Of a DNA stretch of 64,000 bases, positions 10,498-20,739 are shown piece by piece. The first letter of the stretch is position 1. Every line of letters starts with the position of its first letter. The stretch comes from an uncultured Pseudomonadales bacterium (GTDB taxonomy: Bacteria; Patescibacteriota; Microgenomatia; UBA1400; PJMF01). The stretch covers positions 46,284 to 110,283 of the forward strand of contig CAZYRN010000001.1 of NCBI GenBank assembly GCA_964650185.1. The letters run 5' to 3'. Below the pieces are notes generated by a model that was not told where the DNA came from, did no database searches, and saw nothing but the letters and a program-made list of their open reading frames with translations. The position numbers and the translations under genes are program-made.

Positions 10498-12183
10498 TTA
10501 TTTATTCACGACCTGCACTTGCCAAACTACTTCTCCTCTTAAATTTTCAATAGGGGAAGAAACATTACTTAAAGCGTAACCTAACCCGGTCAGATTCTCA
10601 GCAAAACCTGGAGATGAAACCAGAATAGCTTGATCGCTTTCCACGCTATTAGTACTATTTATAAATTTCATATTTTCGAAGCTGGTTAGCTCGCTTTGAT
10701 CTCGAGAACTTGTTGGTGCTGCTGCTTGAACACGCCTGGGATCAGTTTGAGAAAAGAACCAATAATACATGGCCGGCCGGCCGTATTCTCGAGTGATAAA
10801 AACTGGTAGATCTGGATACTCTTCCTGATAGCGATTAATCTCTGACACCATTTGTTGATAGCCATACTGCCATTCTTGACTGTAAAGTTTGGGATATACT
10901 TGGCTATAAAATCGCCAAAATATGCTTAGCTCAAGTAAATATCCCCCCAGCAGCGACACCATTACTACTTTTTTGATAACCGGCTGCTTAATAGTTTCCC
11001 ACAACCATAAGATCCCCATTGAGATCACTAGTAACAACACTGGCATCATGGGTAAAATTCTTAAAGCGTGCGGGGTCGCGTTAGTTAAAGCTGCTGGCAA
11101 CACCCCCACCACCGCCCAAACTAATAATACAAAATGTTCTGAGCGCCACCTCTTAAACAATGCAAAGATTCCCAAGACAAGCACAACGAACTCCAAGTGA
11201 TAAAGTTGTCCAAAATATTGAATGGAGTGACGAGGATTATTATCGCCAGCTACAAAAAGAAAGCTGCCGTGAAAATGAGTTAATGCATTGGTAAGAATTT
11301 CTTTGCCAAAGATCAAATAACGATGGTAAATAATTCTGGCCAAAATTGAATTGCCTGCTTCAGCTTTGAGCTGGTTGCTTTTTTCAATTAAGGCTAGATC
11401 AGAAAAAATACTTGTTTCAGCTAAGCGCTGCGATAATTGTGGAGTACCCATAGCTCTCAATAACGGAAGCAACATGATCAATGCCACTATTGCAGCTAGT
11501 GCTAGATATTTGAAGTTATCCCAACTTAATTTTTCTACGATTTTATTTTTTTCCTGCGCTCGATTATTAGATATAAGCATCAGCCACCAGCCAGCTAAAG
11601 TTAATCCCAGCAAGGGCGCTATTACTCGGGCTGCATGATAAGCGTACATTGACAAAGCCAATAGGACAGCTCCAGCAATCACCCATTTTTTGCCTTTAAA
11701 AAATAACACTACTCCCCACAAAATTAAGGCAGTCGCTAAATTAACTTCCCAACCCGCTCTTGAAAATTGAATTGCCCAAGGTGATATCGCCGTTACCACC
11801 ATAGCCACCAGCGCCAATCTTTCATCCTTAACTCTTTTGGCCAACTCACCCATACCCAACACAATCATCACTCCACTGAGCACGGCTGGTAATCTCACCG
11901 CCCATAAATTCAAACCCACCAGTTTAATAAACGGCACAATGCCATAAAAATAAAGTGACGGCTTCCAATCGCCAAATGACTCAAAAGCAACCACGGGCAG
12001 AAAATTCCCATGATGATCTAGACCAGTTTTTAAAATTGAGTAGGCGTCATAACCCAAAGCAGCTTCTTCCCAATAAAGAGACGGCGGAAATTTATCCAAG
12101 CCAACAATCCGCAACAGCAATGCTCCCAGCAGGATAATACCTGTTAGTAACCAATAATGCTGTTTAATAAATTTCAGATTCAT
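10498..12183 (-). CDS. ArnT/PMT-like GT-C glycosyltransferase, paralog 3 of 4
   Basis: YWEEAALGYDAYSILKTGLDHHGNFLP...FGDWKPSLYFY. 561 aa, polytopic. Confidence 0.7.
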   Translation of the reverse strand: MNLKFIKQHYWLLTGIILLGALLLRIVGLDKFPPSLYWEEAALGYDAYSILKTGLDHHGNFLPVVAFESFGDWKPSLYFYGIVPFIKLVGLNLWAVRLPAVLSGVMIVLGMGELAKRVKDERLALVAMVVTAISPWAIQFSRAGWEVNLATALILWGVVLFFKGKKWVIAGAVLLALSMYAYHAARVIAPLLGLTLAGWWLMLISNNRAQEKNKIVEKLSWDNFKYLALAAIVALIMLLPLLRAMGTPQLSQRLAETSIFSDLALIEKSNQLKAEAGNSILARIIYHRYLIFGKEILTNALTHFHGSFLFVAGDNNPRHSIQYFGQLYHLEFVVLVLGIFALFKRWRSEHFVLLVWAVVGVLPAALTNATPHALRILPMMPVLLLVISMGILWLWETIKQPVIKKVVMVSLLGGYLLELSIFWRFYSQVYPKLYSQEWQYGYQQMVSEINRYQEEYPDLPVFITREYGRPAMYYWFFSQTDPRRVQAAAPTSSRDQSELTSFENMKFINSTNSVESDQAILVSSPGFAENLTGLGYALSNVSSPIENLRGEVVWQVQVVNK

Positions 12184-13783
12184 GAGCTGCTCTTATTTCA
12201 GTGGGTAGATATATCTTAAACCTAATGCTACCATCACTGCCATAGATAACTCGATCTGCAGCTTTAGTTGGCAGATCATCAGCACCACTGGCTACGACGA
12301 TAGTATGAGGGCGAAGTAAATCTCCTAAATTGATTTGATTAGTAAACTCATACTTATGTAGTGAGCCGCCTTGATACCAAATGGGATTAGTTTTTCTGAC
12401 AAACAGCGCATAGATGTAAGGCTGACCATAATCGTCAGCAAAAATAATTTTATCAACTTGTTCTTCATAAGCCCGAACATAGGTTAAGGCATCTAGGTAA
12501 CCTTCTTTAAAATCATCCGCCGAATTTTTGGCAAATACCTTGTAATAGTGCTGCTGATAACTGAGAAAAAACAAACCGTGAGCTAAAAATATCAGCCCAA
12601 TAACGGCAGCTTGAATTTGATTGGCCTGGCCACGAGTGCTTTTAATTTTCTGATTGAGTGGCCACTTATGAATTTGTTTGAGCCATAAATCAAAGCCTGT
12701 TACAGCCAATATTATAAACCCCGGTAGTGCTAATAAAGCTCGATTGCTATGCGGCACTTCTGAGCCAATTACTGCTGGCACTAAGCCAATAAAGATCCAT
12801 CCGCCTGCAAATAGTAGCAGTCGACGCCTGGTCTTAATCAAATAGTAGCTACCGACAATGACTAGTAGGAGCGTTGTGGGCAACAGCACTCCCCAAGTAC
12901 CAGGTCCATGACGCAGAGTAGTGGTCTCTCCAAAAATTAGAAATGCCGGTGACAGGTGCAACCAAAGATTTCTCAGCAAAGTGATGATTAATTCACTGCC
13001 GTTCAGTGAATCAAAAATAGTTACTCCAGCCCGTTCTAAGCCGTGTCCAACGAGCGCGTCTTTAATCAGAGGGTAGACTAAAACCAACCCCAACCCACCA
13101 CTTACCGCTACAACTTTTTTTCTATCCCAGAGTAGCTGTCGATATTTAATGAGCAACACTAAGCCAAATAACGGCACAAATACCTTGGTACTGTGATAGG
13201 TGTAAAGCGAAGCTGCCCACATGACTACGCTGCCTAGTAAATAAAGGCTGGTCTTCAGCTGGCTTGTTTTTGAGTTAATAAATTTAAAGAAAAAATAACT
13301 GCCCCAAATAATCATCGTCAATGCTAAACCAGATTCAAAGCCAGCTCGGGAAAAGTGGAGATGCCAGGGACTGAGTGCCAGCAACCACCCCGCTGCTAGA
13401 GATAAAGCCTGGTTTTTGGTTAATTCCAGCGTCAGCAGCATCATGCCCCAAACTGCTAGAACTCCGCCAATCACAAACGGCACTCGCACCGCGGTTAAGT
13501 TCATACCTAGAGCAAAAGTAAAGATGCCATTTAAATAGATGGCCAGAGGCGCTTTATAATCTCCGAATGATCTAAAAGAGACCGGCAGTCTTTGCAGCCA
13601 CTCGTCTCGTCCTGTTTCTAAAATTGCATAACCATTGTAGCCAATGGCGGCTTCATCCCAAGTCATCCCTGCCGGCACCTTGCCTAACTGATAAAGTCTT
13701 AATCCAAGAGCCAATAGAATGATCAAAATTGCCCATAACTTGTACCATTTTTTGGTCAATAAAAAAGACATCTTTAACATCAT
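12164..13783 (-). CDS. ArnT/PMT-like GT-C glycosyltransferase, paralog 4 of 4
   Basis: TWDEAAIGYNGYAILETGRDEWLQRLP...FGDYKAPLAIY. 539 aa. Its end overlaps paralog 3 by 20 nt. Confidence 0.7.
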   Translation of the reverse strand: MMLKMSFLLTKKWYKLWAILIILLALGLRLYQLGKVPAGMTWDEAAIGYNGYAILETGRDEWLQRLPVSFRSFGDYKAPLAIYLNGIFTFALGMNLTAVRVPFVIGGVLAVWGMMLLTLELTKNQALSLAAGWLLALSPWHLHFSRAGFESGLALTMIIWGSYFFFKFINSKTSQLKTSLYLLGSVVMWAASLYTYHSTKVFVPLFGLVLLIKYRQLLWDRKKVVAVSGGLGLVLVYPLIKDALVGHGLERAGVTIFDSLNGSELIITLLRNLWLHLSPAFLIFGETTTLRHGPGTWGVLLPTTLLLVIVGSYYLIKTRRRLLLFAGGWIFIGLVPAVIGSEVPHSNRALLALPGFIILAVTGFDLWLKQIHKWPLNQKIKSTRGQANQIQAAVIGLIFLAHGLFFLSYQQHYYKVFAKNSADDFKEGYLDALTYVRAYEEQVDKIIFADDYGQPYIYALFVRKTNPIWYQGGSLHKYEFTNQINLGDLLRPHTIVVASGADDLPTKAADRVIYGSDGSIRFKIYLPTEIRAAHESEIY

Positions 13784-13864
13784 ATCATGACACTAAAATA
13801 ACTCTAATCTTACTCGCATGCTTAGTCTCTGCTATAGTTAAATCAGTATCAAAAAAAGCAACAT

Positions 13865-14926
13865 ATGAACTACCAAGAAATTATTGATCTCTTAGGTGAA
13901 GAAGCAGATTCTTTACTTAATCATACCTGTCAAACTATTACTAAAGACCAGATTCATCAGCCGAATGCCAATCATGTGAATCAAGTATTTGGCCAAAGTG
14001 ATCGTTCCAAAGCTGTTAAAAATAACTTAAAAAGACTCTACCTATCCGGACGGCTGGGCAGCACTGGCTATTTATCAATTTTTCCAGTCGATCAAGGCGT
14101 TGAACATACCGCTGGTTACTCATTTGCCCAAAATCCGCTATATTTTGATCCAGAAAATATTGTGAAGCTGGCGGTGGAGGCAGAGTGCAGCGCTGTTGCT
14201 TCCACTTTGGGAGTGCTGAGCCTGGTTTCACATCGGTATGCTGCCAAAATTCCGTTTATTGTTAAGCTCAATCACAATGAACTGTTAACTTATCCTAATG
14301 AGCCTGATCAAGTCATGTTTGCTCAAGTTAAACAAGCAGCTGAAATGGGAGCAGCCGGTGTTGGCGCCACAATTTACTTTGGTTCTCCTCAGTCACGGCG
14401 TCAGATTCAAGAAGTGTCAGCAGCTTTTTATGAAGCTCATCAGCTGGGCCTGTTTACTGTTTTATGGTGTTATCCAAGAAATAAAGAATGGCAGATACAA
14501 GGTGAGGACTATGAAACTTCTGCTGACATCACCGGCCAAGCTATTTATTTAGGAGCTACCTTAGGTGCTGATTTAGTTAAACAAAAATTGCCCACTGCTA
14601 ATCTTCAATCTTTTGAACAGCTGAAATTTGCGAAACACTCACCTGAACAGTATCAGCAGTTATTATCAGACCATCCCATTGATCAAGTTCGCTATCAGGT
14701 TGCCAATGCTTTTATGGGCAAGATTGGGTTAGTTAATTCTGGTGGAGGCAGTGCTGGCGATGAAGATTTGATGCTGGCTATTCGCACCGCCGTGATTAAT
14801 AAACGCGGTGGGGGCACTGGTTTAATTATGGGTCGGAAAGTCTTTAATCGGCCATTTGAAAAAGGAGTCGCGTTGGTCAGAGCAGTTCAAGACGTTTATT
14901 TAGAAGATCAAGTCACCATCGCTTAG
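13865..14926 (+). CDS. fbaB: Class I fructose-bisphosphate aldolase (DhnA/FbaB type)
   Basis: Near-colinear similarity to E. coli FbaB along its length: LGEEADSLLNHTCQTI...GYLSIFPVDQGVEH...IPFIVKLNHNE...TAVINKRGGGTGLIMGRK...VQDVYLEDQVTIA. Confidence 0.9.
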   Translation: MNYQEIIDLLGEEADSLLNHTCQTITKDQIHQPNANHVNQVFGQSDRSKAVKNNLKRLYLSGRLGSTGYLSIFPVDQGVEHTAGYSFAQNPLYFDPENIVKLAVEAECSAVASTLGVLSLVSHRYAAKIPFIVKLNHNELLTYPNEPDQVMFAQVKQAAEMGAAGVGATIYFGSPQSRRQIQEVSAAFYEAHQLGLFTVLWCYPRNKEWQIQGEDYETSADITGQAIYLGATLGADLVKQKLPTANLQSFEQLKFAKHSPEQYQQLLSDHPIDQVRYQVANAFMGKIGLVNSGGGSAGDEDLMLAIRTAVINKRGGGTGLIMGRKVFNRPFEKGVALVRAVQDVYLEDQVTIA

Positions 14927-14939
14927 TTAGATGTTTTGG

Positions 14940-14977
14940 CTAGGATGTTCCTGCAGAGCTAAGATGTTTCTGCAGAG
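14940..14977. repeat. Two tandem 19-nt near-identical copies (ctaggatgttcctgcagag / ctaagatgtttctgcagag) at the 3' end of rdgB
   Basis: Direct inspection shows 17/19 identity between adjacent copies. The copies are in frame and extend the RdgB C-terminus (..LQKHLSSAGTS). Confidence 0.6.
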
Positions 14978-15569
14978 TTAAAAAAGCTTGTCGTCGATGT
15001 GAGAGCTTGTTTTTGATATTCATACCCAATTCAGCAAAAGTAAGTTCATAACCTGAGGGAATGAAAACAAAATCGTAGCCAAAGCCAGCAAGATTTAAAT
15101 CTGCAACTTGTTGAGCGATTACCCCATTAACCCTACCCACAAAAAAGTTTTGCTCTCCTGTGTCGGGCTGATAAAGACATAATACAGACTGAAAGTGGGC
15201 TGAGCGATCCGCTATTCCCTTCAATTCATCTAACAGTTTTTGATTTCTCTCTGGAGTAGATGCACCATAACGAGCAGAGTGAATACCAGGTCTTCCTTCT
15301 AAAGCATTAACAAACAGACCTGAGTCTTCAGCTACAGTAATAATTTGAGCCTCATCTCCATAAACCTGTGCTTTTATGGCTGCATTTTCTTGAAGCGTCT
15401 CACCTGTTTCTGCGACATCTTTAACTAAAAGTTGCGGATAGTCAGCTAAAGATTTTAGCGATACCCAATTACCCAACAGCGCCTGAGCTTCAGCAAATTT
15501 ACCTTGATTAGTAGTAGCAAAGAGCAACTCAAGAGGAGCTGAAGTTGAATTGGCCAGAGGCTGCTTCAT
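14940..15569 (-). CDS. rdgB: Non-canonical purine NTP pyrophosphatase (RdgB/Ham1 family)
   Basis: LLFATTNQGKFAEAQALL (Ham1 signature) and FGYDFVFIP...SHRRQAF near the C-terminus. The C-terminus contains a 19-nt tandem duplication. Confidence 0.85.
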   Translation of the reverse strand: MKQPLANSTSAPLELLFATTNQGKFAEAQALLGNWVSLKSLADYPQLLVKDVAETGETLQENAAIKAQVYGDEAQIITVAEDSGLFVNALEGRPGIHSARYGASTPERNQKLLDELKGIADRSAHFQSVLCLYQPDTGEQNFFVGRVNGVIAQQVADLNLAGFGYDFVFIPSGYELTFAELGMNIKNKLSHRRQAFLTLQKHLSSAGTS

Positions 15570-15581
15570 GGAGCAATAAAA

Positions 15582-15869
15582 TTAATTGCCGCCACCACCC
15601 AGCATACCGCCCAGACCACCACTCATATTTTGCAGCTTTTTAGCGGCAGCTTCTTGAGATTTCTTAATGGCTTTATTCAGTACTTCTACCGCTTCATTGC
15701 TGGTGATACCTTGAACGGAAAAGTGCTTAATCTTCTGATCACCAGAAATTACAACGACAATGTCGCCTTCTTCTACTCGAATTTCCTCTGCAGCTAACTC
15801 AGCCTGCATTTGCTTTGCCTGCTTGCGCAGCTGATTCAGATCACCGAGTGCTTTTAATGGATTGGCCAT
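15582..15869 (-). CDS. ybaB: Nucleoid-associated protein YbaB/EbfC
   Basis: 95 aa, MANPLKALGDLNQLRKQAKQMQAEL..., with a Gly-rich tail. Lies immediately downstream of dnaX, the conserved arrangement. Confidence 0.9.
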   Translation of the reverse strand: MANPLKALGDLNQLRKQAKQMQAELAAEEIRVEEGDIVVVISGDQKIKHFSVQGITSNEAVEVLNKAIKKSQEAAAKKLQNMSGGLGGMLGGGGN

Positions 15870-15913
15870 GATATTTCTCCTTCTAAATTACTTTCCTTGA
15901 ATAATCTATTCTA

Positions 15914-17545
15914 CTACACCAGCACTTCTTCAGCTAGCGCGGCCAGATTTTGGTCAGATTTAGTCTCCGCCAGCTCAGCAGTTTGGGGAGGAGTTGTTAA
16001 GACATATTTTAACTCAACCTCGCCTTGAGCGATTGGAGCTGCACAAGCTAGGATCATCTCCTGAAACTTAGGCTGCTCGAGTTGTTCTTTATGAAACTTG
16101 TAAAAAACAGCCACTTCAGCTGTCCCATTGACACCCTTAACCGGTTTAGCTGATCTTAATAAGGCTTCTAAAGTCATATTTTTTTCTTTAACAGCTGTCA
16201 ATAGTTTTGACCAGTTCTTAATTAAGAGTCGACTATCGCCATGCTGACCGCTTTTTGGTAAGTCATCTTTTTTCAATGCATCATCATTTTTTGGTGTGGC
16301 AGGGGAGACTAGAGAAGAATTATTGGTAGGCTCTGCTGCTGAAACTGCCGGCTCAGTTGTTGCAATATGGCGTCGTTTGGACCCTGGCTTCGAATGTCTA
16401 CCTTGACCCTCTTGTCCGCTGCGGTGCAAATCATTTCTACTACTTCCGCTGTTACCACCACTCGGCGTGTTTTTATTATTAGCGCGGCTAATCAGCTCTA
16501 AAGACAGCAATTCTAGTTGAAGATGAGCAATAGGTGACTCTTGAAAAGTGACCTGATTAAACTCTTTTAACAAAAAAAGAGCCACCGCTTTATTAATGAC
16601 TGCTTCTCCAGAGATTAAACCAAGATTCTGCATCAGTTGATGATGCAAGTAGTTCAAAAATGACTTGAAGAAGTATTTTTCATCAACACTTTCAGCTCGC
16701 AGCTCCGCAAAAATCTGCCCTACTCTACTCTCGTCTTTTTCTACGATTGCTTGAACTAGTGCCTCAGTGTGCTGATTGACACTGCTTGAAAGCACTTCTT
16801 GAGCTTTGGCAGCTGTCACCGCCTTACCTACGGCTACCATTTCCAGCAATTTCACTGCATCTCTAAAACTGCCATCAGCTTGGTTAACGATCATGTCTAA
16901 AGCCTCAGCCTCAGGTTTAATCTTTTCGCTTTTCAAGACATCGGTTAAAGCAGCTTTTAGTTCATCTCGAGTGGCTTTACGAAAATGAATGGTCGTACAG
17001 CGAGATTTAATCGTATCAGGAATTTTATGCAGTTCGGTAGTGGCCAGAATAAAAACAACATGTGCTGGCGGCTCTTCCATAATTTTTAACAGAGCATTAA
17101 AAGCGGCAGTAGTCAGCATGTGAGCTTCATCTAGAATATAGACGGTCATCTTTCCTTCTTGAGGAGGCAAAGCAATTCGTTCTTTAAGATTTCTGATATC
17201 GTCTATGCCGCGATTGCTGGCCGCATCTAGCTCTTGAACCACAAATGAGTGGCCATTGAAAATGGAATTATTAAACTGACTTTCTTGATTCGGCTCCTGA
17301 TACTGAGCATGTTTGGGTTTTTTCTTGCCAAAGAACTGGTAATCTACTAAATCATGATTGGCTTCATCATTTAAAATAGCGCCAATAATTCTGGCGGAAG
17401 ACGTCTTGCCCGTGCCTTTTGGGCCAGCAAATAGCATCACCTGCGGCAGCTGACCTCGTTCCATGAACTGCTGCAACGTGGTCCGGACACTTTCTAGATG
17501 CAGTTGGGATACTTGAGTAGGACGATGTAAGCGATGCCAGCTCAT
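15914..17545 (-). CDS. dnaX: DNA polymerase III subunit gamma/tau
   Basis: AAA+ Walker A GPKGTGKTS, Walker B YILDEAHML and sensor/Zn-module regions typical of DnaX. 543 aa. Confidence 0.9.
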   Translation of the reverse strand: MSWHRLHRPTQVSQLHLESVRTTLQQFMERGQLPQVMLFAGPKGTGKTSSARIIGAILNDEANHDLVDYQFFGKKKPKHAQYQEPNQESQFNNSIFNGHSFVVQELDAASNRGIDDIRNLKERIALPPQEGKMTVYILDEAHMLTTAAFNALLKIMEEPPAHVVFILATTELHKIPDTIKSRCTTIHFRKATRDELKAALTDVLKSEKIKPEAEALDMIVNQADGSFRDAVKLLEMVAVGKAVTAAKAQEVLSSSVNQHTEALVQAIVEKDESRVGQIFAELRAESVDEKYFFKSFLNYLHHQLMQNLGLISGEAVINKAVALFLLKEFNQVTFQESPIAHLQLELLSLELISRANNKNTPSGGNSGSSRNDLHRSGQEGQGRHSKPGSKRRHIATTEPAVSAAEPTNNSSLVSPATPKNDDALKKDDLPKSGQHGDSRLLIKNWSKLLTAVKEKNMTLEALLRSAKPVKGVNGTAEVAVFYKFHKEQLEQPKFQEMILACAAPIAQGEVELKYVLTTPPQTAELAETKSDQNLAALAEEVLV

Positions 17546-17546
17546 A

Positions 17547-17936
17547 TTATTCGTGATGGTAACCTAGTAAATGCATTAAACCATGCTCTAAATAAAAGAC
17601 AATTTGATCATCCACCATTCGGCCGAAGCGACGCGCCGTACTTACCGCCACGGGAAAACAGATGACCACATCACCTAAATGCGGCGGCATCCCTTCTGGT
17701 AGCGGAAAATCTTCCAACTGCTTTTTCTCATGCTGAGGAAAAGAAAGCACATCAGTAATACCCTCGTGCTTTAATTGTCCCTCATTGAGCTGTTTAATTT
17801 TTCTTTTGCCAACAATGGAAACATCAACCATGGCATGATCAACGCCTTTATCCTTTAAAAACTCCTGAACTCGAGAGCGGATCAGCTTGCGGTTGACTGG
17901 ATAGCGAGAACCCACAAAAAGGTTAGTTTGGATCAT
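17547..17936 (-). CDS. ybeY: Endoribonuclease YbeY (rRNA maturation factor)
   Basis: C-terminal HGLMHLLGYHHE (the H3xH5xH zinc motif). 129 aa. Confidence 0.9.
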   Translation of the reverse strand: MIQTNLFVGSRYPVNRKLIRSRVQEFLKDKGVDHAMVDVSIVGKRKIKQLNEGQLKHEGITDVLSFPQHEKKQLEDFPLPEGMPPHLGDVVICFPVAVSTARRFGRMVDDQIVFYLEHGLMHLLGYHHE

Positions 17937-18321
17937 GGTTAGATAGATTTCCAGCTAAATAATTAAGAACTTCCTCAATTTTAGCATTGAATTTCTCAGG
18001 TAAAGTTGCAATTGGTGCAGAAGTACCTGATTCTAAATTAGCACCATGCTGAAAAAGCGACTGAAAATATGCTTTTCGCTCATCTGCTGGCAGAACAAGC
18101 ATTGTTTGAATTGCTTCATTGCCTAATGCTTCAATTACCATTGATGAAAGTTCTAAACTGAGGAGATCATTTAATGTGTGGCGAAATTCTGCTTTCTCTT
18201 CAGGATTTGCTAACTCAGCAACAGCCTCTTCAATTTTTGCAGCATATTCTTGATCCAGCATCAGTTTAGAATCAACGACTGCCCTCAGCTCTACTGAAAT
18301 TTCTGGTCTCTGCTCATTCAT
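17923..18321 (-). CDS. Hypothetical acidic protein
   Basis: 132-aa ORF packed between ybeY and the next gene with overlapping ends. No recognisable motif. Confidence 0.4.
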   Translation of the reverse strand: MNEQRPEISVELRAVVDSKLMLDQEYAAKIEEAVAELANPEEKAEFRHTLNDLLSLELSSMVIEALGNEAIQTMLVLPADERKAYFQSLFQHGANLESGTSAPIATLPEKFNAKIEEVLNYLAGNLSNHDPN

Positions 18322-19267
18322 CTTGTACCTCCTCTGCTAACTGCTGGGTATACTCTAAACTAATGGGACCAAGCGGCACTTTATCTTCTGGATCGTCAAC
18401 AAAAAACAATAGCACCCGACCTCGAGAATTTGGACTCCAAATTTTACCTTCCCGAATCACTTCTGGAGACCCGCCAAACTGCTTCTGTACCCATTGAGCT
18501 GGACCGGCATCTCCCACTACCCCCACCACCGCCACCTTTTCAGCCGGATTAATGGCGACCATTTTGCGGAATTGGTAAAAAGGCTTAAGAATTTGATGAT
18601 TAGTATTCCAATCTGGTAGATATAGAGTCTGAACGGCAAAGTAGTATTTCTCCCTCATGATGGCTTTTTCTGTCAGCTCACCGCTCTCTGTAAACCAACC
18701 AAAAGCGCCGCGATTGGGAGCAATACCTGCCTCTAAATAAGCATCATGCTGACCCAATGTATCTCCTGGAAATCTAATTAAGTGCTGCTCACCGCCCATA
18801 ATCCCGATCGTATGATTAAGCCGGTGAGATTCAAGCTCGGCCGTGACTTCAAAGCCCAAGATCTCAGATAGCTGCTGTTCCAGATAAAGTTCGGTTTCTT
18901 GATCCATGTGACCAGGCGGCATTTTCACTATACTGTTCAGCTTGTTCATAATCTCAGCGTGTTCTTCAGCTGTGACTGCCGAGAGCAGCTCGTCTTCTTC
19001 TTTTTCTATTGCTCGGACTTGCTGAAATTGATAATTCTGCTGAGGACTATTTAAAACGACTGTGCCGGCTAATGAAGCAGCCGCTAGTAACTGCTGAGAG
19101 GTCATTTTTAAATCATCAAGCGTCAGATTGCGATCTTGCATCCACAATAACAGCTCACTGTGTTTTTCTTTAAATTCAGCTTCGACCTGTTGGTAGAGCT
19201 GGTTTAGTTTTGCAAGAGAGTTATTTCCAGCAGCTGTGACAGCATTGCTCATAGCACCATTATGCAA
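18314..19267 (-). CDS. Hypothetical protein (possible double-psi beta-barrel-like C-terminal domain)
   Basis: 317-aa ORF in an operon-like position. C-terminal KMVAINPAEKVAVVGVVGDAGP faintly resembles RlpA/3D-type folds. Weak. Confidence 0.35.
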   Translation of the reverse strand: MHNGAMSNAVTAAGNNSLAKLNQLYQQVEAEFKEKHSELLLWMQDRNLTLDDLKMTSQQLLAAASLAGTVVLNSPQQNYQFQQVRAIEKEEDELLSAVTAEEHAEIMNKLNSIVKMPPGHMDQETELYLEQQLSEILGFEVTAELESHRLNHTIGIMGGEQHLIRFPGDTLGQHDAYLEAGIAPNRGAFGWFTESGELTEKAIMREKYYFAVQTLYLPDWNTNHQILKPFYQFRKMVAINPAEKVAVVGVVGDAGPAQWVQKQFGGSPEVIREGKIWSPNSRGRVLLFFVDDPEDKVPLGPISLEYTQQLAEEVQDE

Positions 19268-20705
19268 CGAGTTGAGCTGATTTTTCTAGACGAGTTATTA
19301 TCTCGTCCTTGCCCAAGGCGTGAATGGTCTCAAAAAGAGGCGGCGAGACCTTGCTGCCAGTGGCAGCAATCCGCAACATCATAAAATATTGACCTTTTTT
19401 CCAGTCGTGTTGTTCTTGCAGCTGGCGAACAGATTGTTCTATAGCATCCACTGTCCACTCATCCAGCCTGTTTAAGGTTGCTACGGTCTCTCCCAGCTGG
19501 GCTTTAACTTGCTTCGCTGTAGATTTTTTGAGCAGTAAAGCTGGATCGGGAGAAATGTCACGGTAGAAAAAGTGAGTGAGCTCTTCGATATCGTTTAATA
19601 CTTCCAGTCTCTCATGAATCAGCGGTAAGATTAGTTCAGCTTTATCTCGAGGAAAGTCATCCGGATAAAACTTTGTTAGCTGCTGATCCAGTTCTGTTAA
19701 AGTCAACTTTCTAATGTAAACTCCGTTGAGCCAGCGCAGCTTTTGCAGATCAAAGATCACTGATTTGGCACTGATTCCAGCTGGATCAAACTCCTGAATG
19801 TATTCTTCCAAGGTTAACAGCTCCCGCTGATCCTGAGGAGTCCAACCTAAAATCATAAAGAAGTTCAGCATTGCCTCAGGTAAAAACCCTCTTTCCAAAA
19901 ATGAGCGGGCCGAAACTGTGCCTTTCCGCTTACTCATCTTGCCTTTGCCGTCAGGGTTTAAAAAGACAGGCAGATGAGTATAAATAGGAGGCTCCCAACC
20001 AAAAGCTTGATAAAGCAATATGTGCTTGGGAGTGGAACTAATCCATTCCTCACCTCTCATGATATGGCTAATCTTCATTAAATGATCATCCACTACCACC
20101 GCTAAATGATAGGTGGGGAAACCATCTGATTTCATTAAAACTTGATCATCAACTTCGCTGGAATGAAAAGTAATCTCACCTCTTATGAGATCGGTAAAAC
20201 TAATTTGCTGATCATCAGGCACTTTCAGTCTGATCACGTATGGCTCGCCTGCAGCCAACTTAGCTTGAACTTCCTCAGAGCCTAAATTTAAACAGTGCCG
20301 GTCATACTTGGGAGGAGTTTTAGCAGCGCGACTGGCTTCTCTTACTTCTTCTAGTCTTTCTTTTGAGCAAAAACAGTAATAGGCAGCACCTTTTTCGATT
20401 AACTCTTGAGCTTTTTCTTGATAAATATCCAATCTCTCCGACTGAACATATGGTCCATACTCGCCGCCAACATCAGGACCTTCATCCCAGCTTAAACCGT
20501 AGTCTTTAATAATCTGATAAATTTCCTCAACCGCACCCGGCACCAATCTCATCTGATCAGTATCTTCAATGCGCAATACAAACTTGCCACCATGTTTTTT
20601 GGCAAAAGCATAATTTTTCAAAAGAGTAGCCATGCTACCGACGTGGATATCGCCAGTGGGACTGGGAGCCATTCTGGTGCGAACGAGTTGATCCTGATTT
20701 GTCAT
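19260..20705 (-). CDS. gltX: Glutamyl-tRNA synthetase
   Basis: HIGH-type motif PSPTGDIHVGS and KMSK motif KMSKRKG. 481 aa. Confidence 0.9.
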   Translation of the reverse strand: MTNQDQLVRTRMAPSPTGDIHVGSMATLLKNYAFAKKHGGKFVLRIEDTDQMRLVPGAVEEIYQIIKDYGLSWDEGPDVGGEYGPYVQSERLDIYQEKAQELIEKGAAYYCFCSKERLEEVREASRAAKTPPKYDRHCLNLGSEEVQAKLAAGEPYVIRLKVPDDQQISFTDLIRGEITFHSSEVDDQVLMKSDGFPTYHLAVVVDDHLMKISHIMRGEEWISSTPKHILLYQAFGWEPPIYTHLPVFLNPDGKGKMSKRKGTVSARSFLERGFLPEAMLNFFMILGWTPQDQRELLTLEEYIQEFDPAGISAKSVIFDLQKLRWLNGVYIRKLTLTELDQQLTKFYPDDFPRDKAELILPLIHERLEVLNDIEELTHFFYRDISPDPALLLKKSTAKQVKAQLGETVATLNRLDEWTVDAIEQSVRQLQEQHDWKKGQYFMMLRIAATGSKVSPPLFETIHALGKDEIITRLEKSAQLVA

Positions 20706-20739
20706 GAGGTAATTATACCAAGCTAATTTGATTTCCGGT

